DNA of 64,000 nt, taken from positions 955 to 64,954 of the forward strand of contig JAFTTP010000002.1 in the NCBI GenBank assembly GCA_017466725.1, written 5' to 3'. The notes beneath the pieces were generated by a model. The model was given only the letters and a program-made list of their open reading frames with translations. It searched no databases and was not told the origin of the DNA. Below, in pieces: positions 20,208-28,925 of this stretch. Positions within the stretch are counted from its first letter, which is position 1. Each line of letters opens with the position of its first letter. Both the position numbers and the translations under genes were made by a program. This DNA comes from Clostridia bacterium (GTDB lineage Bacteria; Bacillota; Clostridia; Christensenellales; UBA1242).

Positions 20208-20435
20208 TATTTCTTTATCTTTAATTTTGGATGTTTTTTGATGAATTCACCTAAAAAATCATATAATTCTTGAATAGTCATAATCTCTCCTTTAATTTTA
20301 ATGTCTTAATTATAGCACTTGTGGGCTAAAATTTCAAGCCCCTTTTGATTTTTTTTGTTTTTAGTGCAAATTGTTTGCCTTTTGATTGTCAAATATTGTA
20401 TAATTTCAGTGTAAATCAAGCAAAAGGTGGTTGTG

Positions 20436-21221
20436 ATGGCAGACGAAATGGATGTAAAGCAAGAGGAAACCCTAGATGTTGCAAGCGAGCAGCTGTCTTT
20501 TGTTGACGAACAAGTAAGGTTTAAGTTGGATGTTTTTGAAGGGCCACTTGACCTTTTATTACACCTAATTAAAGACGCAAAACTTGATATTATGACGGTA
20601 AAACTTTCTGAAGTGACTGAACAATATCTGGAATATATGAAAGACCTTGACAGCATTGATATGGACAGGGCAAGCGAGTTTATCATAGTTGCTGCAACGC
20701 TTATTGAAATTAAGTCAAAGCATCTTCTTCCTGTTGAAAGTGATGATGAACTTGACGAAGAAGACAGCGAAGCATTGCTGTTGCAACGTTTGAAGGAATA
20801 TGAATTATTTAAAGAAACCGGCAAACGTCTGCGTGAAATTGAAGATATTAATAAAATGTATCGTGCGCCGGGTAAAGAGACAGAAAAGGTTAAAGTTATC
20901 ATTAAAGATATGGTGCTTGAAAAACTGCTTGATGCTTTTGCGGGACTTCTTGCAAGGCAGGAAGCGAGGGGCAAAGAAAAGGAGGAGCCTAAAAAGATTG
21001 TTAAAGACCGCTTTACTGTTGCAGAAAAGATTGTGTCAATCAGAGGCTATGCAAGAGAACACAAACGTTTTCCGTTTGACGAACTTTTTGCGCCAGACAT
21101 GACAAAGAGTGAAATGATAAATGTATTTTTAGCGCTCTTAGAACTGCTTAAACTGCAAAATGTTAGGGTGGAGCAAACGGGCGCATTCCAACAAATAAAC
21201 GTAATTTCAAATGAGGACTAA
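20436..21221 (+). CDS. scpA: Segregation and condensation protein A
   Basis: FEGPLDLLLHLI motif, with kleisin family resemblance over the full length. An in-frame GTG at 20427 is an alternative start. Confidence 0.93.
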   Translation: MADEMDVKQEETLDVASEQLSFVDEQVRFKLDVFEGPLDLLLHLIKDAKLDIMTVKLSEVTEQYLEYMKDLDSIDMDRASEFIIVAATLIEIKSKHLLPVESDDELDEEDSEALLLQRLKEYELFKETGKRLREIEDINKMYRAPGKETEKVKVIIKDMVLEKLLDAFAGLLARQEARGKEKEEPKKIVKDRFTVAEKIVSIRGYAREHKRFPFDELFAPDMTKSEMINVFLALLELLKLQNVRVEQTGAFQQINVISNED

Positions 21222-21223
21222 TT

Positions 21224-21898
21224 ATGGCAAATATTGAAACGATTTTAAATTTAAAAGAAGTTGTTTTTTCAGTTTTATTCGTTGCTGGCGACGGGATTGA
21301 AAAAGACTTTTTAGCTGAAAAACTTGAAGTGAGCAAGAAAGATATTGAAAAAGTAGTTGAAGAACTTAAAAAAGAGTATTGTGGTGATAAGGGCATCCAT
21401 ATCATTGAATACAAGAATAAAGTTCAGCTTTCAACAAATCCAAACTATGCAAACTATATTGGCAATGTGCTTAATCCAATCAGAGAAAAATCTTTGACTA
21501 GGGCTGCACTTGAAACACTTGCCATTATTGCATACAAACAACCAATTACAAAACTTGAAATTGAAGATATTAGAAGGGTAAATTCTGACTATGCCGTACA
21601 AATTTTAATCGACCAAAACATGATTGAAGTGGTAGGGCGTAAAGATGCAGTTGGCAAGCCACTTATGTTTGGAACAACTGAAAACTTCCTTAAGCGATTC
21701 AACGTGAAAGAACTGTCTGATTTGCCAGATTATGAAGAACTTTTGGAACGTATTAAAACAATCCGCGCTGAAGAGGATGAACAACAAAGGGATACATTGT
21801 TTAGGGATGTGTCAAATCTTGAATTCAACGAAGAATTGCCAGAATTTTTACAAGGTGAAGAATTTATAAAAATTGAAGGTGACGATGAGGCGGTTTAA
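21224..21898 (+). CDS. scpB: Segregation and condensation protein B
   Basis: Tandem winged-helix ScpB signature (ALETLAIIAYKQPITKLEIEDIRRV, GRKDAVGKPLMFGTT). It directly follows scpA. Confidence 0.93.
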   Translation: MANIETILNLKEVVFSVLFVAGDGIEKDFLAEKLEVSKKDIEKVVEELKKEYCGDKGIHIIEYKNKVQLSTNPNYANYIGNVLNPIREKSLTRAALETLAIIAYKQPITKLEIEDIRRVNSDYAVQILIDQNMIEVVGRKDAVGKPLMFGTTENFLKRFNVKELSDLPDYEELLERIKTIRAEEDEQQRDTLFRDVSNLEFNEELPEFLQGEEFIKIEGDDEAV

Positions 21899-21907
21899 GA
21901 AGAATAG

Positions 21908-21932
21908 AAGAGCGCAAAGGCGCTCTTTTTTT
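21908..21932 (+). terminator. Rho-independent terminator after scpB
   Basis: Stem AAGAGCGC / GCGCTCTT with a 4-nt loop, followed by a T-run. Confidence 0.8.
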
Positions 21933-22099
21933 CATATTACAAAAAAATAAAACATACTTATAAGTATGCTTTTAAACAAACAGAAAAGTTATGGACAAGC
22001 CTACAATAATGTAAAAGTTAAAGTTAAACTCAATAAAAGGAAATTGCTTGGAATAATCATTGTTTTTCTTACCATTGCCGAAGTCATTTTAGGGGTGCT

Positions 22100-22951
22100 A
22101 TGGGCAAGCGGAAAATAAAAAATAAAGTCCACTTTTCTTTTTTATTGCTTTTTGTATGGTTTGTTTTAACTAAAAATATTTATAGTTTTATACTGTTTTG
22201 TTCAACGGTGCTCACACACGAGTTTGGGCACTACATTGTGGCAAAAAAATTGGGATATAAGCTTAATAATTTTTATATTGCACCATACGGGGTGTGTTTG
22301 AATTATAAAGACAAAGTTTTTCAGCAAAAAGATGAAGTTTTGATTGCGCTTGCAGGGCCATGTGTAAATTTTATTTTAAGTATATTTTGTGTGTGCTTAT
22401 GGTGGGTTTTTCCTTCGTGGTACAATTTTTCTGTTGACTTTGTTTTTCAGTCGTTAATGTTGGGGCTTTTTAATTTGCTGCCTTGCTATCCTTTGGACGG
22501 CGGTCGGGTTTTTGTTGGAATGCTTTCAAATTTGATGCCTAGAAAAAAGGCGGTCAAGCTTACCGTTTGCCTTAACTTTACAATTGCAGCGGGGTTATTG
22601 GTGTTGTTTATAATTTCCTGCTTTATAAATTTTAACCCATCATTATGCATTTGTGGTGTGTTTATGATTTTAAGCGGCATTGAGAACAAAAATGAATGTA
22701 GGTACGAGGTGAGAGATGTATTTGATAAACGCGTTAAAAATTACTCTAAGCCGCTGCTGCTTACTGTAAATGCCAGCGAAACGCTGGCAAGTTTAGTCAA
22801 GCACATTGAGGCAAATAAATTTACCATTTTTATAATTGTTTTCCAAAACAACAAAACAAAACTGCTTGATGAGCAAGCAGTTAAATTGTTGTCCATTAAA
22901 TATCCCTTAAACACCATTATACATGATATTTTTAGGCAAGATAAGGGATGA
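22100..22951 (+). CDS. spoIVFB: M50 site-2 metalloprotease, SpoIVFB-like (pro-sigma-K processing enzyme candidate)
   Basis: HEFGH in a TM helix, NLLPCYPLDGG, a 283-aa size and a C-terminal soluble CBS-like domain, as in B. subtilis SpoIVFB. A pro-sigK gene is present in the same window. Confidence 0.75.
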   Translation: MGKRKIKNKVHFSFLLLFVWFVLTKNIYSFILFCSTVLTHEFGHYIVAKKLGYKLNNFYIAPYGVCLNYKDKVFQQKDEVLIALAGPCVNFILSIFCVCLWWVFPSWYNFSVDFVFQSLMLGLFNLLPCYPLDGGRVFVGMLSNLMPRKKAVKLTVCLNFTIAAGLLVLFIISCFINFNPSLCICGVFMILSGIENKNECRYEVRDVFDKRVKNYSKPLLLTVNASETLASLVKHIEANKFTIFIIVFQNNKTKLLDEQAVKLLSIKYPLNTIIHDIFRQDKG

Positions 22952-23375
22952 GATTGTCAAGATTGTCTTCTTCAAGTTGACGAAGTTTCCTTAAAATTTC
23001 ATCAATTTCGGTTGATATATTTTTGTGGTCATGCCTGTCTTTTTCGCAGGTGATGATGCCCATAAAGGTGCCCATAAGCATAAGTTCGGCAATGTGTCGA
23101 TTTGTTTTGTTGGTCATGGTTGACATATTTATGGAACTCCAAAGTTTAGCTTTTTCAAACCAAGTATTATCTTTAATTCCATCAATTTTTTCTGCTTTGG
23201 CAAAAAGTTCACATTCCTTTTGAAGTACGGCATACTTATCTTGCTGCGTTGAAAGCTCTTTTTTGAAAGTTTTATCTTGCACCTTTGGCAAAATGTCCTC
23301 AATCGATTGAACTGCTGTTTTTATGTTCTGGTAAACAGCATTTAAATATTCTGTAATCATTTCTTTTTTATCCAT
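22932..23375 (-). CDS. Hypothetical helical protein (147 aa)
   Basis: ORF with a GGAGGAAA RBS. It is predicted to be all-helical by composition, and I cannot name a family with confidence. Confidence 0.55.
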   Translation of the reverse strand: MDKKEMITEYLNAVYQNIKTAVQSIEDILPKVQDKTFKKELSTQQDKYAVLQKECELFAKAEKIDGIKDNTWFEKAKLWSSINMSTMTNKTNRHIAELMLMGTFMGIITCEKDRHDHKNISTEIDEILRKLRQLEEDNLDNLIPYLA

Positions 23376-23421
23376 AATTTTCCTCCATACTTAGATTGCT
23401 CAGAAAAAGTGAAGTTATGCA

Positions 23422-24858
23422 ATGCATATGTTTTTTTCTTTTGCAAAAAATAAGGGTATGAAAAAGTCCACTAAAATTTTATTGATTATTTATATAATTT
23501 TTCTCATCCCAAGCCTCATATTTGGGAAATATCTTTTTTCTGCCTTAAAGCCAACAGATGCTGGCTTTTCATATGATTTTAACGTTAATTCAATAATTGC
23601 ACTTGTGCTTAATGCAATTGCAACTATATTGGGCACCATTTTATATTTTAGATTTATAAACTCTCTTGCAGTTGATAAGGCGATTTTCTTTTCGTCATTA
23701 CCATTAATAATTGTTTATGGTGTGGCAATTTTTCTTCTTGCTCAACTTCCTTCGTATAAAGGCGAGGTGGCGCAATCTGCTGTTTCGCTGTTAAATGTTT
23801 CAGCCGAAAACAACTACAACACAATTCTATGGGCGATACTGATAACCTTGATTTTTATGCTAATGTTGTTTTTTAACTTTTTTGTGCTGTGTAAGCCAGT
23901 TGGAAGGGTAGAAAAAATCGTTGACAGGCTTGGCGATGGCAAGGTAAAAGAAGAAAAAATTAAGGTGGGAGGCGGAAAGCAGTTTCACAGTATAGAACAT
24001 GGGCTTAATAAGATTAACAACAATTATCGCGAAAAAGACAAAACGCTTAAAGCATTTAAAATTGAAAGCGAAAAATATATTCCAAAGCAGTTTTTTAGAT
24101 TTTTGGGCAAAAACAACATCTCGCAATTAGAATTAGGGCATCAAGTAAAGAAACAAGCTACAACAATGCTGATTAAATTAATTGGTATAAGTAATGGCAC
24201 TCATATGTCACTTGAAGAAAACTTTCAGTTTGTAAATTCATATGTTAACGTCGTGTCACCATTAATCCGAAAGTTTGGTGGATTTATTGATAAATATCTT
24301 GGGGAAGGAATTTTGGCAGTGTTTTCATCCTCTCAAGACGCGCTAGATTGTATTCATGCAGTGTCGCGCGCAATATTTATTAAAAACAGACAAGCAAAGT
24401 CGCTGCCTAACGTTGAGCTAAGGGCGTCAATATCAAGCGGAGAGGTTTCTTTTGGAGTGATTGGTGATGACCAGCGTAAAATTCCAACCATTGTGTCAGA
24501 AACTGCAAGCAATTTAGAGCGAATTGACGATATTGCCAAACTTATTGGTGCGCGCGTATTATTCAGTAAAACGGTGCTTGACTCACTTCCGCTGCACTAT
24601 AAGTTTGCCTATCGAAATGTGGGCTATATTTCTATAGAACAAAACCAAATAATTATATTTGAAGATTTAGATGTTTATCACAAAGACCAAGCCCGAAGTT
24701 TGATTAAAAGCCGCTCAATTCTGGAAAAAGGAGTTATGCTTTATTCAAATGGGGATTATGAAAACGCGCTAACTTATTTTGAAGAGGCATTAAAAATAAA
24801 TTCTTCGGATAAATGCGCATATGTTTATTTTAACAAGTGTAAAGATAAGTTGAGTTAG
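23422..24858 (+). CDS. Membrane protein with a HAMP-like linker, a degenerate class III nucleotidyl cyclase homology domain and a C-terminal TPR
   Basis: About 5 TM helices. The cyclase-like core reads ...ATTMLIKLIGIS...GGFIDKYLGEGILAVF...RASISSGEVSFGVIGDDQRKIPTIVSETASNLERID..., followed by a TPR-like YENALTYFEEALKIN. The start could instead be the internal MKKSTK at 23458. Confidence 0.7.
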   Translation: MHMFFSFAKNKGMKKSTKILLIIYIIFLIPSLIFGKYLFSALKPTDAGFSYDFNVNSIIALVLNAIATILGTILYFRFINSLAVDKAIFFSSLPLIIVYGVAIFLLAQLPSYKGEVAQSAVSLLNVSAENNYNTILWAILITLIFMLMLFFNFFVLCKPVGRVEKIVDRLGDGKVKEEKIKVGGGKQFHSIEHGLNKINNNYREKDKTLKAFKIESEKYIPKQFFRFLGKNNISQLELGHQVKKQATTMLIKLIGISNGTHMSLEENFQFVNSYVNVVSPLIRKFGGFIDKYLGEGILAVFSSSQDALDCIHAVSRAIFIKNRQAKSLPNVELRASISSGEVSFGVIGDDQRKIPTIVSETASNLERIDDIAKLIGARVLFSKTVLDSLPLHYKFAYRNVGYISIEQNQIIIFEDLDVYHKDQARSLIKSRSILEKGVMLYSNGDYENALTYFEEALKINSSDKCAYVYFNKCKDKLS

Positions 24859-24897
24859 TTGCTTGACAAAAAATTGTGATAGTGATAAACTGCAAGT

Positions 24898-25524
24898 ATG
24901 AAACTTAGAAGAAGGGAAAAACAATTTAAGGAATGTCCAAGATGTGGGCTTAAATGTTTGTTTAATGCAGACTCTTGTCCAGAATGTGGATTGGTTTTTT
25001 CTCGCCTTGAAATTGCAACAAATGCAGATGCGAAGGCAAAAATCAAACGTAGAGAAAAAGAATATATTTTGCGTACCAGCACTTTGCCTACAGATGTTAG
25101 TTTTATGAAATTACTTTTGCTTTGCATTTTCGGCGGCCTTTTTGGTGCACACAGTTTTTATGTGGGGCGATATTGGCGCGGGATTATTCCTTTAATTTCT
25201 ACCACGATATTAATATTCTTCGTTGTTTTTAACAATGAAATGATTGCTATTGATGGTACGGGGCAGACACTGGGGATGATTTCAACTTTACTTGGATTTA
25301 CTATGATGTTATGGCCAATTGATATTGTTTTAATTTTAATGAAAAAGTTTAAAGTGCCGGTGGCAATTGACCTTGATAAAAACGTGCAGGCGGATAAGGA
25401 AAAACGCACAGGTGCGAAAACGACTGACAATCAAGACAATATCAGGCAAGAAGTGCTAGATGATGTAAATGTGCTAAAAAATGAAAACAAAAACGATACA
25501 CACAAGGAAGAAAAGAAAGAATGA
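24898..25524 (+). CDS. Zinc-ribbon plus TM2 domain membrane protein
   Basis: CPRCG...CPECG zinc ribbon at the N-terminus, a TM2-like [17 protein letters not shown], and a charged tail. Confidence 0.7.
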   Translation: MKLRRREKQFKECPRCGLKCLFNADSCPECGLVFSRLEIATNADAKAKIKRREKEYILRTSTLPTDVSFMKLLLLCIFGGLFGAHSFYVGRYWRGIIPLISTTILIFFVVFNNEMIAIDGTGQTLGMISTLLGFTMMLWPIDIVLILMKKFKVPVAIDLDKNVQADKEKRTGAKTTDNQDNIRQEVLDDVNVLKNENKNDTHKEEKKE

Positions 25525-26597
25525 GGATAGTAGTAGGAGTAAGCGGTGGTGTTGACTCGTCTGTGGCAGCATACCTTCTCAAACAACAAGGCCATGAAGT
25601 GATTGGCTTGTTTATGGTAAATTGGGAAGAGCAAGACGGACAGTGCACTGCAGAGGAAGACTTTGAAGATGTTAAAAGGGTATGTGCGAAAATAGGCATA
25701 CCTTACTTTTCTGTTAACTATGCAAAAGAGTATTATGAAAGGGTGTTTACTTACTTTTTAGAAGAGTATAAAAAGGGCAGAACGCCAAACCCAGATGTTC
25801 TATGCAACCGTGAAGTTAAGTTTGGCCCCTTTTTAGAACAAGCTATAAAACTTGGTGCAGATAAAATTGCAACTGGGCATTATGCAAAGAAAATTGAAAA
25901 GGATGGAAAGTACTATCTTGCCAAAGCAGATGACTTAAACAAAGATCAATCATACTTTTTAAATCAACTTAATCAAAAGCAACTTGCATCCGTAATTTTC
26001 CCACTAGAGAATATAGATAAACCGCAGGTAAGAGATATTGCAAGAGAGCTTGAACTTTCTACGGCAGAGAAAAAAGATAGCACGGGGATTTGTTTTATAG
26101 GCGAGCGTAACTTTAAAAAGTTTCTTCAAACATTTTTACCAGCTCAAAAAGGAAAGATACTTGACCTAGAAGGCAATGAAGTAGGCACTCATGATGGGCT
26201 GATGTACTATACGCTTGGTCAGAGAAGAGGGCTAAACATTGGCGGTAGAAAGGGTGGCAATGGACAAAGATGGTTTGTTGTAAAAAAAGACCTTGATAGC
26301 AATATACTTTATGTTACACAGGGCGAAGATGACGTTTTGTATAGTGACGGTCTGTACGCAAGTGGAATGAACTGGATACCAGAAATCCCAACCCAGAAAG
26401 AGTTTGAATGCTTTGCTAAGTTTAGATATCGTCAACCTGACCAAAAAGTTAGGGTTACTATTTTAAATGATAACGAAATTAAAGTTGATTTTGTTGAAAG
26501 GCAAAGGGCAATTACACCAGGACAATTTGTTGTGCTTTATAATGAAGAAGGATTGTGTTTGGGTGGCGGAACTATTGATAAAAGCTTTAATAATTAG
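25521..26597 (+). CDS. mnmA: tRNA 2-thiouridine(34) synthase MnmA
   Basis: PP-loop SGGVDSS plus conserved MnmA core motifs (NPDVLCN, GHYA). Confidence 0.96.
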   Translation: MRIVVGVSGGVDSSVAAYLLKQQGHEVIGLFMVNWEEQDGQCTAEEDFEDVKRVCAKIGIPYFSVNYAKEYYERVFTYFLEEYKKGRTPNPDVLCNREVKFGPFLEQAIKLGADKIATGHYAKKIEKDGKYYLAKADDLNKDQSYFLNQLNQKQLASVIFPLENIDKPQVRDIARELELSTAEKKDSTGICFIGERNFKKFLQTFLPAQKGKILDLEGNEVGTHDGLMYYTLGQRRGLNIGGRKGGNGQRWFVVKKDLDSNILYVTQGEDDVLYSDGLYASGMNWIPEIPTQKEFECFAKFRYRQPDQKVRVTILNDNEIKVDFVERQRAITPGQFVVLYNEEGLCLGGGTIDKSFNN

Positions 26598-26647
26598 CGT
26601 TGAATAAAAAACTCCTTTATGGTTACACTAATGATAAAGGAGGGGAT

Positions 26648-26902
26648 ATGATAGTAGCAAACTATATAGCATATATTTTAGTGCTTATTGGTGGTATTAA
26701 TTGGGGACTTGTAGGTCTTTTCAATTTCAACCTTGTTGCTGCCATTTCAATGGGAAGTAAAACAGTTGAAAGAATAATTTATATTCTTGTTTTAATTGCA
26801 ACAATTTGGCTTATTATTTCACCAATCATATATGGCAATTTGCTGTTTAATGCTGCTGGCGGCGCCGCTGGTGCAGGTGCAAATAACGCGCCAACAGTAT
26901 AA
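26648..26902 (+). CDS. DUF378 family small membrane protein
   Basis: YILVLIGGINWGLVGLFNFNLV is the typical DUF378 signature. The GGAGG RBS sits before ATG 26648, so the longer TTG-start ORF at 26600 is unlikely. Confidence 0.75.
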   Translation: MIVANYIAYILVLIGGINWGLVGLFNFNLVAAISMGSKTVERIIYILVLIATIWLIISPIIYGNLLFNAAGGAAGAGANNAPTV

Positions 26903-26935
26903 ACAAAAAAGACCTTGCTTTTGCAAAGTCTTTTT

Positions 26936-27559
26936 TTAAATGTTTAAGTCAATACATTCTTTATCCATAATCTCGTTGTGTTGCTGTATCGATTGTTTTT
27001 TGCCTAAATCCAGTCCTCTAAAATAAGGGATGAAAACACTGTTGCCATTTATATTGTAATCAAGTTCAAGTTTTTTTGGATAATCCTGATACATAATCTT
27101 TCGGCAAGTAGGGTCAACTAAAATCCATTTGCCATTATAAAAACATTCGCAAAAAGAATGGCCATAGTGCAGTTTACTGTCTTCGCCAGCCTTTAATCGT
27201 TCAATCCAGTTGAACTCTGCAGTATGCAAAAGGGTGGTTGGTATGCCCAATTGCCTTGCGCAAGTTGCAAAAAGAAGGGCATAATCTGTGCACCCAGTTG
27301 CAACTTTACTTGCCCAAATTTCTTGTGCGGACCGTTGAAATTGATTTTCTTTTATAAAATCTCTATCGTTTGTGTGTTTCACCATATGATGCAGCCAGTC
27401 GATTAAACCTTCAATTTCTGTTACGAAATGGCCAGTTTTAAGTTGATTAATAAAATTGATTTCAATTTTTTCTTGAATTATCTCATCGGCAAGGAAAGGC
27501 TGGGAAAGAGAGCCATTTTTTAGATATGTCTTGCAGTCTGTTAGGTCTAGACTTGTCAT
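26936..27559 (-). CDS. Transglutaminase-like cysteine peptidase-fold protein
   Basis: Cys-His-Asp arrangement: GCTDYALLFATCARQLGIPT ... GHSFCECF ... ILVDP. Confidence 0.7.
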   Translation of the reverse strand: MTSLDLTDCKTYLKNGSLSQPFLADEIIQEKIEINFINQLKTGHFVTEIEGLIDWLHHMVKHTNDRDFIKENQFQRSAQEIWASKVATGCTDYALLFATCARQLGIPTTLLHTAEFNWIERLKAGEDSKLHYGHSFCECFYNGKWILVDPTCRKIMYQDYPKKLELDYNINGNSVFIPYFRGLDLGKKQSIQQHNEIMDKECIDLNI

Positions 27560-27601
27560 CTTTTTCTCCTAGTACAAAAAATCGCCCCACGCTTGGGTGG
27601 G

Positions 27602-27689
27602 TGGCGCAAAGGACAGGATTTGAACCTGCGTAGGCTTTCACCTAACACGCATTCCAGGCGTGCTCCTTAAACCGCTCGGACACCTTTGC
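27602..27689 (-). tRNA. tRNA-Ser (anticodon GGA), CCA encoded
   Basis: The reverse complement folds as a cloverleaf. Acceptor stem is GCAAAGG/CCTTTGC, anticodon stem CACGC/GCGTG with loop CUGGAAU, a long variable arm, T-arm CAGGTTCAAATCCTG, discriminator G and a 3-prime CCA. Confidence 0.93.
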
Positions 27690-27698
27690 ATGTGTTTT

Positions 27699-27727
27699 AA
27701 TTTAGCACATCACAATTTAAAAGTCAA
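27699..27727 (-). promoter_or_regulatory. Candidate sigma-A promoter for tRNA-Ser (TTGACT-17-TAAATT)
   Basis: On the minus strand, TTGACT (27727-27722), a 17-nt spacer and TAAATT (27704-27699). It ends about 9 nt before the tRNA 5-prime end. Confidence 0.5.
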
Positions 27728-27728
27728 A

Positions 27729-27757
27729 TAAAATAAGCACTTAAACTTTAAGTGCCT
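27729..27757 (-). terminator. Rho-independent terminator after the small YjzC-like gene
   Basis: 7-bp stem GCACTTA / TAAGTGC, followed on the minus strand by a T-rich tract. Confidence 0.6.
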
Positions 27758-27775
27758 ATTTTAGAGATTATTAAG

Positions 27776-27943
27776 TTATTCGTTTTCTAATTCTTCTTCA
27801 TAATGGCTGCCACTATGTTGTGTTGCAGGGAATCTTTGACCTTTTTCAAGGTAGCAACTTCCGCCGCATTTGCCATTAGAGTCATAACAAGAATAACTGC
27901 CTGATTTTGGCGCTTGTTCGCCAGGTTTATATTGTTTACTCAT
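27776..27943 (-). CDS. Small YjzC-like protein (55 aa), Cys-rich variant
   Basis: Below the ORF-track size cutoff. RBS GGAGGTTAGAA precedes the ATG. MSKQYKPGEQAPKSGSYSCYDSNGKCGGSCYLEKGQRFPATQHSGSHYEEELENE resembles YjzC-type small proteins (KPGExAPxSGxY ... G.xFP). Confidence 0.6.
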   Translation of the reverse strand: MSKQYKPGEQAPKSGSYSCYDSNGKCGGSCYLEKGQRFPATQHSGSHYEEELENE

Positions 27944-28074
27944 TTCTAACCTCCATCATTATTGTGTGAATATATGCTAAATTTATACAAAACATTTTTA
28001 AAAAATCAATCAAAAAGTTTGGTAAGAAGGGGGAGTTTGATTATAATTAAAGTAAGCACTATAGGAGGGCTTTC

Positions 28075-28923
28075 ATGATAAAAATATGTTCAGATAGTTG
28101 CTGCGACTTAACAGCGCAGCAAATAAAAGATAATGATATATGCATCATCCCTTTGATTGTTACGCTTGGAGATGAAGAATATTTTGATGGAGAGACAATC
28201 AAACCGGATGATATTTATGAGTATGTAAAAAAGACTAAACAACTTCCAAAAACAGCAGCAAGAAGTACTGAAGATTTTAAAGAGTTTTTTGGCAAACTTC
28301 TTGAGGATGGAAGTGAAGTAATTTATACAGGCATTGGCAGCCAACTTTCTTCGACATTTGACAATGCACGACGCGCAAAAGAAGAACTTGGCTGTGATAA
28401 ACTTTATGTGGTTGACAGTAAGTCGCTTTCAACGGGTATTGGACTTTTAGTGTTAAATGCGTGTAAGCTTCGTGCGCAAGGGCTTTCGGCAAAGCAAATT
28501 GCCGCTCAAATGGAAGTGCAGACGCAGTATGACCAAGCATCGTTTGTAGTTGATAAACTTGACTACCTTTATAAAGGTGGCAGATGTTCGGCTATGGCAA
28601 GATTTGGCGCGAATTTATTAAAAATCAAGCCAAGGCTTGAACTTGTAAAGGGAAAAATTGAGAATACAGGCAAATATATGGGACAGTTTAAAGTTGTCCT
28701 TAAAAAGTATGTTGATGATATGTTAAATAAATATTCAAACATCAAAAAGGATATTTGTTTTGTTACGCATACCAAAACTGATGATGAAATTGTACAATCG
28801 GTTATTGATTATGTAAAAAGCAAAAACATCTTTGAACAAGTTGTAGAGACTACTGCAGGGGCAACAATTACATGTCACTGCGGCGAAAACACACTTGGCA
28901 TACTTTATTTGCTGAAGGAGTAA
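28075..28923 (+). CDS. DegV family fatty-acid-binding protein (FakB-like)
   Basis: 282 aa, with DegV family resemblance over the full length (SDSxCDL N-terminus, YLxKGGR). Confidence 0.88.
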   Translation: MIKICSDSCCDLTAQQIKDNDICIIPLIVTLGDEEYFDGETIKPDDIYEYVKKTKQLPKTAARSTEDFKEFFGKLLEDGSEVIYTGIGSQLSSTFDNARRAKEELGCDKLYVVDSKSLSTGIGLLVLNACKLRAQGLSAKQIAAQMEVQTQYDQASFVVDKLDYLYKGGRCSAMARFGANLLKIKPRLELVKGKIENTGKYMGQFKVVLKKYVDDMLNKYSNIKKDICFVTHTKTDDEIVQSVIDYVKSKNIFEQVVETTAGATITCHCGENTLGILYLLKE

Positions 28924-28925
28924 AA

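Noticed and set aside
20306-20974. A 222-aa minus-strand ORF, very Ser/Leu-rich, overlapping scpA
   Set aside because: It is antisense to a confidently identified scpA, has a low-complexity composition, and has no RBS or motif. It is a typical shadow ORF of an A/G-rich coding strand.
28872-28925. An upstream extension of the HIT-RNase H ORF overlapping the end of degV
   Set aside because: The HIT domain begins at MDCLFCKII (ATG 28926), right after the degV stop. The extension lies within degV coding sequence in another frame.
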